NCBI GenBank assembly: GCA_947501605.1
Contig: CANMWZ010000003.1
Location: 11,746 to 75,745 of the forward strand
From: Planctomycetota bacterium
GTDB taxonomy: Bacteria > Planctomycetota > UBA1135 > UBA2386
DNA length: 64,000 bases
Reading direction: 5' to 3'
Shown: positions 45,730-54,834 of the stretch, piece after piece
Numbering within the stretch: the first letter of the stretch is position 1
Layout of the letters: every line of letters starts with the position of its first letter
Notes under the pieces: model-generated
Seen by the model: only the letters and a program-made list of their open reading frames with translations
Database searches by the model: none
Told to the model about the DNA's origin: nothing
Made by a program: the position numbers and the translations under genes

Positions 45730-46023
45730 ATGGCCATCGCCAAGAAGATTCGGAGCAAGTCAGACAAGTCGGGGATCAAGTCGAAGGCACCGGCCAAGAC
45801 GAGCTCGGACAGCGAAACGCCGGCCGCAGCATTCCTCGATAGCGACGTCGATGGCCACGGCGAAGAACCTGGGCGCAGCAGTTCGATGGGCCTCGATGTC
45901 GACCACGAGGTGCTGGCATTCATCGCAGCGCTCGATCGCTTCAAGAAGACGCACAACCGAGCCTTTCCGAACTGGAGCGAAGTGCTCTTCGTGCTGAAGG
46001 AACTCGGCTACCGCAAGAAGTGA
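45730..46023 (+). CDS. Hypothetical small basic protein (97 aa)
   Basis: Lys/Ser-rich N-terminus and a conserved-looking C-terminus, VLAFIAALDRFKKTHNRAFPNWSEVLFVLKELGYRKK. No family recognised. Confidence 0.45.
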   Translation: MAIAKKIRSKSDKSGIKSKAPAKTSSDSETPAAAFLDSDVDGHGEEPGRSSSMGLDVDHEVLAFIAALDRFKKTHNRAFPNWSEVLFVLKELGYRKK

Positions 46024-46045
46024 GACTCGCGGCCGTAGGCGCTGC

Positions 46046-46888
46046 CTAGATCCAGCTCCACCAGCAGCCGACGATCAGCAGGCAGCCCGCCATCAGGCGA
46101 TAGATGGCAAAGGGCACGAACGTGTGCCCCCTCAAGAACGCGACAAACTGCTTCACGACGGCGAGCGCGCTGACGAATGCCACGAGGGTGCCGATCACCA
46201 TCGGGTAGAGCAGAGGTCCGCTGACCTGGTCCCAGTTCTTCAGCAACTTGACGGCGCACGCGCCGTAGAGGATCGGCAATCCGATCAGAAACGAGAACTC
46301 CGCCGCAGCCGTCCTCGACATCCCCAGGATCAAGGCTCCAGCGATCGTGGCCCCCGATCGACTCGTGCCCGGCAACAGCGCGAGGCACTGAAAGCAGCCG
46401 ATCCAGAACGCCATTCGATACGACATCGCTCTGCCATCGCCATGCAGCGCTGGCCGACGACGAAGCACGCGTTCGAGCCAGAGCAGCAACACGCCCCCCA
46501 ACGTCATGGTGACAGCAACGAACTCGGCGGAGAAGAGTCGCGACTCGATCCAGTCATCGAACAGCAGACCAAGAACGGCCGCGGGCATGGCCGCGACCAC
46601 GATCTGCAGCAGCAGATTGGATTCGCGGGGCGCGGCAGCCGTGGTGACTGGACTCACGATCGCGAGCACGGCCTGCCACAAGCGCTCCCAGTAGAGCACG
46701 AGGATTGCGGTGATTGCTCCGAGTTGGATACCGATCGTCAGGGGCGACTCAGCCAACCCGAGCAACCGATTGGCAACAATCAGGTGGCCGGTGCTCGACA
46801 CCGGGAGGAACTCGGTGAGCCCCTCCACCAGGCCAAGCCACGCCGCATCGAGAAGCGTAAGACTCGGACCCGGCTCCTGCGGGATCAC
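46046..46888 (-). CDS. uppP: Undecaprenyl-diphosphate phosphatase
   Basis: LGLVEGLTEFLPVSSTGHLIV and LLPGTSRSGATI motifs. GTG 46888 overlaps the ald stop (GTGA). Confidence 0.9.
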   Translation of the reverse strand: MIPQEPGPSLTLLDAAWLGLVEGLTEFLPVSSTGHLIVANRLLGLAESPLTIGIQLGAITAILVLYWERLWQAVLAIVSPVTTAAAPRESNLLLQIVVAAMPAAVLGLLFDDWIESRLFSAEFVAVTMTLGGVLLLWLERVLRRRPALHGDGRAMSYRMAFWIGCFQCLALLPGTSRSGATIAGALILGMSRTAAAEFSFLIGLPILYGACAVKLLKNWDQVSGPLLYPMVIGTLVAFVSALAVVKQFVAFLRGHTFVPFAIYRLMAGCLLIVGCWWSWI

Positions 46889-47991
46889 AGCACCTTGTCC
46901 GGGGACGTCCACTTCATACCGAAGGCGTCGGCAACGCCTTGGTGCGTGCATACACCACTGAGCACGTTGGCTGCGGTGCCCAAGATCGGGTCCTTGGCGG
47001 CTTTGGCAGCGCCCATCGCGGCGATCTTCTTGGCCCACGGCATCGTGGCGTTGGTGAGGCCGAATGTGGACGTGCGCGGCACGGCGCCTGGCATGTTGGC
47101 AACGCAGTAGTGGACGACCCGATCGACGACGAACGTCGGGTCCGCATGGGTCGTTGGCTTGCAGGTCTCGATGCACCCACCCTGATCCACAGCGACATCG
47201 ACGATGACGGCGCCCTCCTTCATCGTCTTCAGGTCTTCGCGCCGAACGAGGCGCGGCGCACGCGCGCCCTGCACCAGCACGGCGCCGACGATCAGGTCTG
47301 CGTGCAGCAGCTGTTCGCGAATCGCGATCGGTGAGCTGTGCAGCATCGACACATTCGCCGGCATTACGTCACTGAGGTAGCGCAGCCGATCGAGATCGAG
47401 GTCCATGATCAGGACTCGCGCACCGAGGCCCGCAGCCATCTTCGCCGCATTCGTACCGACAACGCCGCCGCCGAGGATCAGAACTGTTGCGGGTTCCGTA
47501 CCAGGAATGCCACCGAGCAGGATGCCGCGACCACCCATGTGTTTCTCGAGACAGACGGCACCGACCTGCACCGCCATACGGCCGGCCACTTCGCTCATCG
47601 GCGTCAGCAGTGGCAGAGTGCGGCCGACCTGAAGGGTCTCGTAGGCGAAGCAGTTCGCCCCAGAGGCGAGCATCGCGTCGGTGAGTTCGCGGTTCGCCGC
47701 GAAGTGGAAGTACGTGAACAGCAGGTGGCCCTTGCGGATCATCGCGTACTCCGAGGGCAGCGGCTCCTTGACCTTCACGATCATCTCGGCCTTGCCGTAG
47801 ATCGCGGTCGCCGTCGCTTCCATCTTGGCGCCAACTCGCTCGAAGTCCTCGTCGGTGATCCCGGCGCCAAGACCCGCACCCCTCTCGACGAGCACCTGGT
47901 TGCCGGCGGCGACGAGCTCCATCACCATCGCAGGAACCGCGCCGACCCGGCTCTCTTGCGCTTTGATCTCTTTAGGAACACCGATGATCAT
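46885..47991 (-). CDS. ald: Alanine dehydrogenase
   Basis: MIIGVPKEIKAQESRVGAVPAMV and NAD-binding VLILGGGVVGTNAAKMAAGLGARV. Start at the internal ATG 47991, preceded by GGAGG. Confidence 0.93.
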   Translation of the reverse strand: MIIGVPKEIKAQESRVGAVPAMVMELVAAGNQVLVERGAGLGAGITDEDFERVGAKMEATATAIYGKAEMIVKVKEPLPSEYAMIRKGHLLFTYFHFAANRELTDAMLASGANCFAYETLQVGRTLPLLTPMSEVAGRMAVQVGAVCLEKHMGGRGILLGGIPGTEPATVLILGGGVVGTNAAKMAAGLGARVLIMDLDLDRLRYLSDVMPANVSMLHSSPIAIREQLLHADLIVGAVLVQGARAPRLVRREDLKTMKEGAVIVDVAVDQGGCIETCKPTTHADPTFVVDRVVHYCVANMPGAVPRTSTFGLTNATMPWAKKIAAMGAAKAAKDPILGTAANVLSGVCTHQGVADAFGMKWTSPDKVL

Positions 47992-48305
47992 GAATGCCTC
48001 CGTCGCGTCGCGTTCAAGTTTATGAGGGCAAGGACTATAGAAGTGGTTCCCGAAAGCGCCAGCGGTTGGGACTGGGACGACGGTCGATGACGTTCTTGCG
48101 GGCTCACGGCGCAAGCCACAGCTCCCGCTACGAATCCGGTTCCTGCCCTCGGCCGCCGTTGCTCAGCCTCGCGGACAGGCCATCAAGAAAACAACCCTGA
48201 CAAGCTCGCGGCCCTTGACTGCGGGTGTTCTCCCGAGCTGGAGCGTGACTGCCAACATCGCTCGCAACGTCGTTAGAGAACGGGGCTCTGTCGGCCCACC
48301 AGCGG

Positions 48306-49319
48306 TCAGCGCACCGCGACCAAGCGCTGCAAGGTTGCGCGAAGGTGCTCGCGTTCGCCCGCCACGAGGCCGGGCAACAAGGCGCAGTCGACCGCCAGCC
48401 CGCTCGGGTGGTCGCGGACGACCGGGGCGGGGCGCTGCAGGACACGTGGGTCGTGGCGGAGATACGCGTCGATGGTTGCGCGGGCGAGCAACGGGTCCTT
48501 GGCTTCTAGCTGAAACGACCACCGCAGAGGTTCACGTGCAGGGCTGCTCGTGACCAGCGGATCCTCGGCCGCAACCGCCGGTTGTTCTGGCGCTGACGCA
48601 AAGTCGAGTTCGGCCGCCAGTCCGTCGGTTGGATCGAGCACGAAAACTTCCTGCAACGGACCGAGTACATCCGCGGCATCTCGCAAACCGAGGGCAGAAT
48701 CGTGAGCCTTGGCCTGGTGCGCTTTGTGCGGCCCGATGGCCTCGGTCAAGACGCCCGCCGCTGACCACGCTCCACAATCGCGATCCGACTCCCCCTCGAC
48801 ATCGCTCTTGGATCGTCCAACGACGGGCGCTTCGCCGCGCCGCCGGCGCCACGCCAACCAAACACCCGCAACAGTGCCAGCGACGACCACACACCACATC
48901 CAGAACTGTTGACGCCCGGCGATCTCGGCGGAAACAGCGGCGGTTCGCTCAGCGGCGCGGACGCGGGCAGCATCCGCGTCCACACGGGATGGTCTGTCCG
49001 AAGGCGACGGCGCAGTTGCTGCGGGCACTCCAGTTACCGTGCTCGCCAGAGCACCGCTGGTCCCAGGCTGCGCGTCTACAGGGTCGCTCCCCGCACCAGT
49101 CTGCACGCGCAACTCCGCGACCAATGCATCGACGCGGTCCGCGAGCTGACCGAGTGTCGCAGCAACGCGAGCCTCGAGCTGCTCCTGCCTTGACTGCTGC
49201 GTGTGCATTTGCGCTTCGAGCTCGGCGAGTCTCGCCGCCTGCGTGTCCACATCCTGGGAGCACGATCCAGCGAGCAGCGCGGCGCACGCGAGCAGAGCCC
49301 CAAAGCACACGGTCTTCAT
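48306..49319 (-). CDS. Hypothetical lipoprotein with coiled coil and an internal TM segment (337 aa)
   Basis: Lipobox ALLACAALLAGSC, then a coiled-coil-like QAARLAELEAQMHTQQSRQEQLEARV, a TM segment FWMWCVVVAGTVAGVWLAW, and a C-terminal ~170-aa domain. The ATG overlaps the upstream stop (ATGA). Confidence 0.5.
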   Translation of the reverse strand: MKTVCFGALLACAALLAGSCSQDVDTQAARLAELEAQMHTQQSRQEQLEARVAATLGQLADRVDALVAELRVQTGAGSDPVDAQPGTSGALASTVTGVPAATAPSPSDRPSRVDADAARVRAAERTAAVSAEIAGRQQFWMWCVVVAGTVAGVWLAWRRRRGEAPVVGRSKSDVEGESDRDCGAWSAAGVLTEAIGPHKAHQAKAHDSALGLRDAADVLGPLQEVFVLDPTDGLAAELDFASAPEQPAVAAEDPLVTSSPAREPLRWSFQLEAKDPLLARATIDAYLRHDPRVLQRPAPVVRDHPSGLAVDCALLPGLVAGEREHLRATLQRLVAVR

Positions 49320-49969
49320 CGGCGGCGCTCTCCTTCACGAGGTCGCACATGCATCGACATGCGCCCTTGCTCATCGATCCGAAGACGCCGCGGCATCGCG
49401 ATCAAATGTTCGCGGCAGACACGAAGCTCGTCGTCGCGCAGTGCGATGGGCAGCGCATCCGGACTCTGCACGGCATCGCTGTCGTTGCGCACCGTCAGCG
49501 GCACCACTCCGCGCGGTTGCTCGTCGGGCAGGGGCAATCTCTGCAAGAAGGCAGAAGTGCTGCGTTGCACCACCGCGCTTGTCACTTCATCCCACTCGGC
49601 AGCAAGGGCCGCAGGCATGAGCTCCGCGACCACCAACTCGGGACGACCCTCCGCCCGCCACACGACGGTCGGAACCAACGGAACCTGGACGTAGCCGTGC
49701 GTGCGGCTGTGCGGCACCAACACCATGGTGTCCTGGAGACCAACCCGCAGTGGCCACCGCGGCAAGCGGCACTGCAGCCACAGTTCCCCATGGCGAGCCA
49801 GCGCCAGTGACCATGTACGCGCCTTGCTCCCGTCGAGGCACAACAGCGTGTAGCCGCCTCGAACGGGTTCCAGGATCAACTCGAGTCGCCCCAACTGGAA
49901 GCGCCTGCTGCCGCCTCGATCCGGGCGCGGTAGCTGTGCCTGTTGCAGGTGCGATAACGTGAGGTCCAT
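49316..49969 (-). CDS. Hypothetical protein (217 aa)
   Basis: Start at the internal ATG 49969 (MDLTLSHLQQ). Translationally coupled to the downstream lipoprotein gene. No motif recognised. Confidence 0.45.
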   Translation of the reverse strand: MDLTLSHLQQAQLPRPDRGGSRRFQLGRLELILEPVRGGYTLLCLDGSKARTWSLALARHGELWLQCRLPRWPLRVGLQDTMVLVPHSRTHGYVQVPLVPTVVWRAEGRPELVVAELMPAALAAEWDEVTSAVVQRSTSAFLQRLPLPDEQPRGVVPLTVRNDSDAVQSPDALPIALRDDELRVCREHLIAMPRRLRIDEQGRMSMHVRPREGERRR

Positions 49970-50176
49970 CCGAGGTGCGGCGCGAACCGCACCAGAGGTG
50001 CGATTGTGAGGAGCGTGGATCCTAGAAGTGCGCACGCAGTGTGAACAGTCGCCCTCGACTTGCATTCCACAACGGCTACCGATGCGGTGCAACGGCACGG
50101 GGTGTGGACGAGATACTCGGCCGACAGTTTTCGCTTGCTTCTCCCTCCAACCTAGTCATGATCCCCGCCCCTGGTT

Positions 50177-50253
50177 GGGCGTTTAGCTCAGTTGGCTAGA
50201 GCATCAGCTCGACAAGCTGAGGGTCACAGGTTCGACTCCTGTAACGCCCACCA
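50177..50253 (+). tRNA. tRNA-Val (anticodon GAC), CCA encoded
   Basis: Hand-folded. Acceptor GGGCGTT/AACGCCC, D-arm GCTC-AGTTGGCTA-GAGC, anticodon stem TCAGC/GCTGA with loop TCGACAA, T-arm ACAGG-TTCGACT-CCTGT, then ACCA. Position 33 reads C rather than the usual U. Confidence 0.88.
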
Positions 50254-50329
50254 TCTTCTCTTCCGGGTGCCTGCTCCGTGTTTGTCGCCACGCTGAAGTG
50301 GCACGGCGCATGAGGGGCGGCTGGTTGAA

Positions 50330-50359
50330 GGCGTTGCGCTACTAGCCAGGCGCAACGCC
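50330..50359 (+). other. Perfect 10-bp stem-loop downstream of tRNA-Val
   Basis: GGCGTTGCGC-TACTAGCCAG-GCGCAACGCC. No U-tract follows. Confidence 0.4.
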
Positions 50360-50450
50360 GCCGCGGGTTCCGGGAAAGCTACGGGGACTGCTACCAGCTG
50401 CCGCGGTGGCCTTGAGTCCGCGACCCGATGGTAGCCGTGCGCTGCACTTC

Positions 50451-50478
50451 GCTCTCGATTGGTCGCTCTCGATTGGTC
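50451..50478. repeat. 14-bp perfect tandem duplication
   Basis: GCTCTCGATTGGTC x2, in the gene-poor stretch after tRNA-Val. Confidence 0.9.
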
Positions 50479-51111
50479 GCCGCGCCCGCTGGACGACCGC
50501 AAGAGCGCCCCGGGCACTGCGCGGGTGCCCCAGAACGTGGCGCACCATCCGAACGGTTGTCCGCGGCATCCACCCACCAGTGCGGCGAGAGCGGCAAGAG
50601 TGACCTCACGGGAAAGACGACTACCGGGGTCTTCCGTGGTGCCACTGCCGCTGCCAAGGATGGTCACCGTGAGTGCGTTCTGGTGCGCGCGAAGGTTGGC
50701 GTATGCAACCACACAGCCCGCGCCCATCTGTCGCACCAAACCACACGCCACATCGAGGACAAGAATACAGGCATGCTGCAGGATGCAAACCGCGGCGAGG
50801 CCGAGCCTCGCGCCGCGCGGGGTGATTCGGCGGAATCGCCCTCGCTTCAGAACTCGCTCAGGGCGCAGCTTAGGGACGCGAGATTCGCCACCGCACGACG
50901 GATATCTGCACAGCGAAACAGCCCGTGCTTCCGACGCTTTGGAGGCTCCTCAAACTGCTACCCCCCGATTGCGTAAGTCGACGTCGGGCGGCAACCTTGC
51001 GCGAGTTCTTGAACCGCTTCGCATCGCGTGCGTAGCCACGCGCCGTCTCACCACGACGGTCAACCCGGATGAACCCGGGAAGATGATGCGAGACCGGTCA
51101 AGGGATTCTCC

Positions 51112-52815
51112 ATGCACCGCTATCTCCTCAGCAGTGCGCTCGCGGTGGCCCTGTGTGCCAATCCGCTGTCGGCGCAGTCCAACGTGCTCATGGTCGTCAT
51201 CGACGACCTCGGACCAGACTACCTCGCTTGCTACCAGCAGAACGCCAACCCGCCATCGACGCCCACGATCGACCAGCTAGCCAGCAGCGGCCTTCGCTTT
51301 GCGCAGGCCTACGCCGACCCCGTCTGCACGCCCACGCGTGTCTGTCTGGCGACCGGACGACATGCATTCCGCAGTGGTGTGGTTGTCACCTGCAACCCGG
51401 GGGATCCGGGGCTCCGCGATGAGGAGGTGACGCTTCCGGAAGCGCTCTCGACCTCGGGCTATGCGCGCGCGCTGGTCGGCAAGTGGCACATGGGAGATCG
51501 ACACGGCGGCGTTACGCCAAACGTGCACGGCTGGCCCCACTTTGCCGGCACGCTCTACGGCAACATCCCCAACCACTACCTTTGGACCAAGACCAGCGAT
51601 GGCGTCGCCTCGCTAGTCACGACCTACTCGACGACAGCCGAAGTGGATGAGGCGTTGAACTGGATCGGACAGCAAACGGCGCCGTGGGTGCTCGTGCTCA
51701 ACTGCAACGCGCCACACACACCGCTCCAGGCGCCGCCAGCGCAGCTGCACCTTCAAGACCTAACCGGCCTCTCGCCAACGACCCAGCCCGTGCCCTTCTA
51801 CAAGGCGATGATCGAGGCCTTCGACAGCGAACTCGGTCGCCTCCTCACCGGCCTCGGTAGCGCCCGCGCCAGCACCAACGTCATCGTGATCGGCGACAAC
51901 GGGACTCCCGGCGCCGTCGCCATGGCGCCGCTGACCCGCGCCAAGGGGTCGTTGTATCAAGGTGGCGTGCAGGTCCCGTTGATCGTCAACGGACCGGCCG
52001 TGGTGCAGGGCGGCCGCGTCGTCACCGTCCCGGTTCACGCGGTTGATCTATTCCCGACGGTGCTCGAGCTATGCAGCGTGTCTCCATCGAGCCTACCAGT
52101 GGCCCTCGATGGCCGCAGTCTGATGCCGCTGATCAAGAATCAGGCGCGGCCCGCTCAGCCAGTCTACGCGGAGACGATCGGCACTGGGTTTGGGAGCGGC
52201 TACCAGGTGCGGGAGGGCGACTACAAGCTCATACGGTTCACGGACGATGTTGCGATGCTGCCGCACGAGGAGCTCTACAACGTGCGGCTCGACCCGACCG
52301 AAACGACCGACTTGCTCCTGGCCGGCCCCGCGGACCCCAATGCTGCGGCCGCCTACCAGCAACTGCGCACCGAGATGTGGAGACTGCGCAGCCAGGGAGT
52401 CATCCTTGCGTACAGCGCCGACTGCCCGAGTTCTGTCGGCGTGGTGCGACTCAAGAGCTACGCGCCGCCTACCCTCGGGTCGGCCCACCACATGCGCGTG
52501 CTGTCGCCTGGCGTCGGTAGCAACGCAACGATCTTCCCGGCGATGGTGATGCTCGGGGTAAGCGGCAGCTCGTGGCTTGGCGCCGCGCTGCCAGCCCGGC
52601 TCGATTCCCTCGGCATGCCCGGATGCATGTTGAATGCGAGCCCAGACTTTCCCATCTACATCGGCACCACCGACACGCTGTTCTGGATCTGGGTTCCCAA
52701 TGACCTCGCCTTCCTCGGGCAGTCGTTCTACTCACAGGCGGCGGTGGCGGATCCGGCAGCAAACCCAGCGGGACTCGCAACGTCTGCGGGCTATCAGTTC
52801 ACGCTGGGTCAGTGA
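51112..52815 (+). CDS. Secreted sulfatase (formylglycine-dependent arylsulfatase family)
   Basis: Signal peptide MHRYLLSSALAVALCANPLSAQS. VVIDDLGPD and the sulfatase signature CTPTRVCLATGR (CxPxR). Confidence 0.88.
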   Translation: MHRYLLSSALAVALCANPLSAQSNVLMVVIDDLGPDYLACYQQNANPPSTPTIDQLASSGLRFAQAYADPVCTPTRVCLATGRHAFRSGVVVTCNPGDPGLRDEEVTLPEALSTSGYARALVGKWHMGDRHGGVTPNVHGWPHFAGTLYGNIPNHYLWTKTSDGVASLVTTYSTTAEVDEALNWIGQQTAPWVLVLNCNAPHTPLQAPPAQLHLQDLTGLSPTTQPVPFYKAMIEAFDSELGRLLTGLGSARASTNVIVIGDNGTPGAVAMAPLTRAKGSLYQGGVQVPLIVNGPAVVQGGRVVTVPVHAVDLFPTVLELCSVSPSSLPVALDGRSLMPLIKNQARPAQPVYAETIGTGFGSGYQVREGDYKLIRFTDDVAMLPHEELYNVRLDPTETTDLLLAGPADPNAAAAYQQLRTEMWRLRSQGVILAYSADCPSSVGVVRLKSYAPPTLGSAHHMRVLSPGVGSNATIFPAMVMLGVSGSSWLGAALPARLDSLGMPGCMLNASPDFPIYIGTTDTLFWIWVPNDLAFLGQSFYSQAAVADPAANPAGLATSAGYQFTLGQ

Positions 52816-53186
52816 CTTTGGCAGTGGGCTGCTCGTCGGCCTGCGAGCGACGCCGAACACCGATGGTCGAGGGCACGGAGCGAACTCGTAGCGGAATCTG
52901 TGCTTCCACGGAGAGTTCGCGAGAAACCTAGCAGGCGCCACAGCGATCGGGCTTTGGGGCCATCCGCAGCCGCTGGCACTTGGTGAAACCACTTCGAGTG
53001 CTGGGACAGCGAGAGTCGGCTGTAACGAGATCCTGCGGACGAGAGCCGCGCCGAGTAGCGCCTGACGGCTGCTGGTCTGGCTCGGAGGCAAAGCCCGTAT
53101 CTGCCGGCAGACGCCGCTGCCAACCTCTCCTGCGAAGGTGGCCGAAACCGCTTCGTGCAAGTCCTTCTGCAGGCCAGCAGAGGTGC

Positions 53187-54776
53187 CTACGAGGTCGGAG
53201 TCGACGAGTCCCCGAGCACCTTGCCTAACAGGGCACGATCGCCCTGAACGGCGGTTCGCTGCATGTACAGTTGCAGGCCGCGCAGGGCGCCGAGTTCTTC
53301 CCCGCCGCCGGCTCTACCAGGGCCACCGTGGATCGTTCCTGGGAGCACTGCACCGGGACCAAGAGCCTGGCCCTGCGTCTTCTCGCTGCCAATCCACAAC
53401 CGGCCGTGCCACGGCGCCATGGTCTGCACCGCCTCGTCGAGGAAGTCGCGATCGTCACTGTAGAGACTGGCGACCAGGCCGCCGCCGCCGCGATTGGCCA
53501 ACATCGCAGCCGATGCAGCCGTGCCGTCGTAGGGCAGCAGAGTGGCGCATGGACCGAACACCTCGAGGGCGTGCAAGACTTCAGCGCCCGCATCCCTCGC
53601 CCGAAGCAAGGTCGGCGCCACGAAGTAGCCACGCTCCGTCATCGGTGACGGGCCGCCACACAGCACCTCAGTGACAGCCAGGAGGTGTTGCATGCCCGTG
53701 CGGACGGTTCCCAGGGCCTCGGCGCTCGCGACTGGCCCCATGCGGTTTTCTTCGTCGGCGGGGTTGCCGACCTTGACCGCTCGGATGCGTTCTACCAAGG
53801 CCTCGGCCACATCGCCGAGCAGGTCCATCGGTACCAGGATGCGGCGCACGGCCGTGCACTTCTGGCCGGCCTTCTGCGTGATGTCGGTGGCAACGTTGGC
53901 GACGAATTGCGCGAACGTGTCGCCACCGAGATCGACGTCGACGCCGAGCACTGCAGCATTGATCGAATCCGCTTCGATGTTGCATCGCACGTTGCGAGCG
54001 ACGAGGTTGCGGTTGCCGCGAATCAAAGCGCCTGTCACCGAGGAACCGGTGAACGCAACCGCGTCCATGGCCGTCAGCAAATCGAGCATCGGTGCAATCG
54101 AGCCGACAACAAGCTGGAAGCTCCCCTCAGGCAGGACCGCGCTCTCGACCACGATCTGGGCGATCCGATGCGCCAGCATCGCGCTTGGCGTGCCTGGCTT
54201 CTCAATCACTGGCACTCCTGCAAGGAGTGCGCACGCCATCTTTTCACCCATCCCCCAAGCTGGGAAGTTGAAGGCATTGATGTGGAGCGCCACACCCGGT
54301 CGTGCCGAGAGGACGTGCTGGCCCCAGAACCGAGGAGTCCGTCCAAGTTGCAGTCCGTCGCCGTCGAGGAAGGCGCCACTGGTCGGAAGTGAGCCGGCGA
54401 GGTTGCCGTAGAAAGCCAACGTACCCGTCATGCCGTCGAGGTCGAACTTGGCGTCACCGCGCGTATTGCCACCGTTCTGCGTGCTGATCGCAATGAGCTC
54501 GTCGCGGCGCTCATGCAGGATCTTCGACAGCGATTTCAACATCTCGCCACGCTCGAGGTAACTCGTGGCTCCCAGCGCGGCCAACCCCTTGCCGCGCGCA
54601 TGCTGCAGCGCCGCGGCGAGATCCACGCCACCAGTGTGCACTTGTCCCAGGACCGCCTCAGTCGAAGGATCATGCAAGGTCTTGGCCTCGCCGCTACCGA
54701 TCTGCCACCGGCCGGACACGTAACTCGAGAGCACGTTCATCCTTGAGAGACTACCGATCGGAAGGACCGATGCCAC
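53187..54776 (-). CDS. Aldehyde dehydrogenase, PaaN/PaaZ-N-terminal-like
   Basis: N-terminus LSSYVSGRWQIGSGEAKTLHDPSTEAVLGQV...LERGEMLKSLSKIL resembles PaaN-type ALDHs. FTGSSVTG, catalytic Cys context AGQKCTAVRR and EVFGP are present. The start may be ATG 54740. Confidence 0.8.
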   Translation of the reverse strand: MASVLPIGSLSRMNVLSSYVSGRWQIGSGEAKTLHDPSTEAVLGQVHTGGVDLAAALQHARGKGLAALGATSYLERGEMLKSLSKILHERRDELIAISTQNGGNTRGDAKFDLDGMTGTLAFYGNLAGSLPTSGAFLDGDGLQLGRTPRFWGQHVLSARPGVALHINAFNFPAWGMGEKMACALLAGVPVIEKPGTPSAMLAHRIAQIVVESAVLPEGSFQLVVGSIAPMLDLLTAMDAVAFTGSSVTGALIRGNRNLVARNVRCNIEADSINAAVLGVDVDLGGDTFAQFVANVATDITQKAGQKCTAVRRILVPMDLLGDVAEALVERIRAVKVGNPADEENRMGPVASAEALGTVRTGMQHLLAVTEVLCGGPSPMTERGYFVAPTLLRARDAGAEVLHALEVFGPCATLLPYDGTAASAAMLANRGGGGLVASLYSDDRDFLDEAVQTMAPWHGRLWIGSEKTQGQALGPGAVLPGTIHGGPGRAGGGEELGALRGLQLYMQRTAVQGDRALLGKVLGDSSTPTS

Positions 54777-54834
54777 GTGAAGGTGCGGGCGCCAAGCGCT
54801 GGTTAGCGGAAGCGCGGGAAGCTACCGTGCCGAC

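Noticed and set aside
47992-48305. 314-nt leader upstream of ald, considered as a possible riboswitch or attenuator
   Set aside because: Only a 6-bp hairpin (CTTGCG...CGCAAG) and a TATAGT -10-like hexamer were seen, with no known riboswitch consensus. There is insufficient evidence to call a feature.
52816-53186. RNase P RNA, tmRNA, SRP RNA, 6S RNA or a cobalamin riboswitch in the convergent intergenic gap
   Set aside because: I looked on both strands for hallmark blocks: GGAAAGTCCGGGC and ACAGAACCCGGCTTA for RNase P, GGGGCTGAT with a T-arm and CCA end for tmRNA, the SRP GGAAG/AGCAGCC hairpin, and the B12 box GCCACTG. I did not see any of them. The region is kept only as an unclassified candidate.
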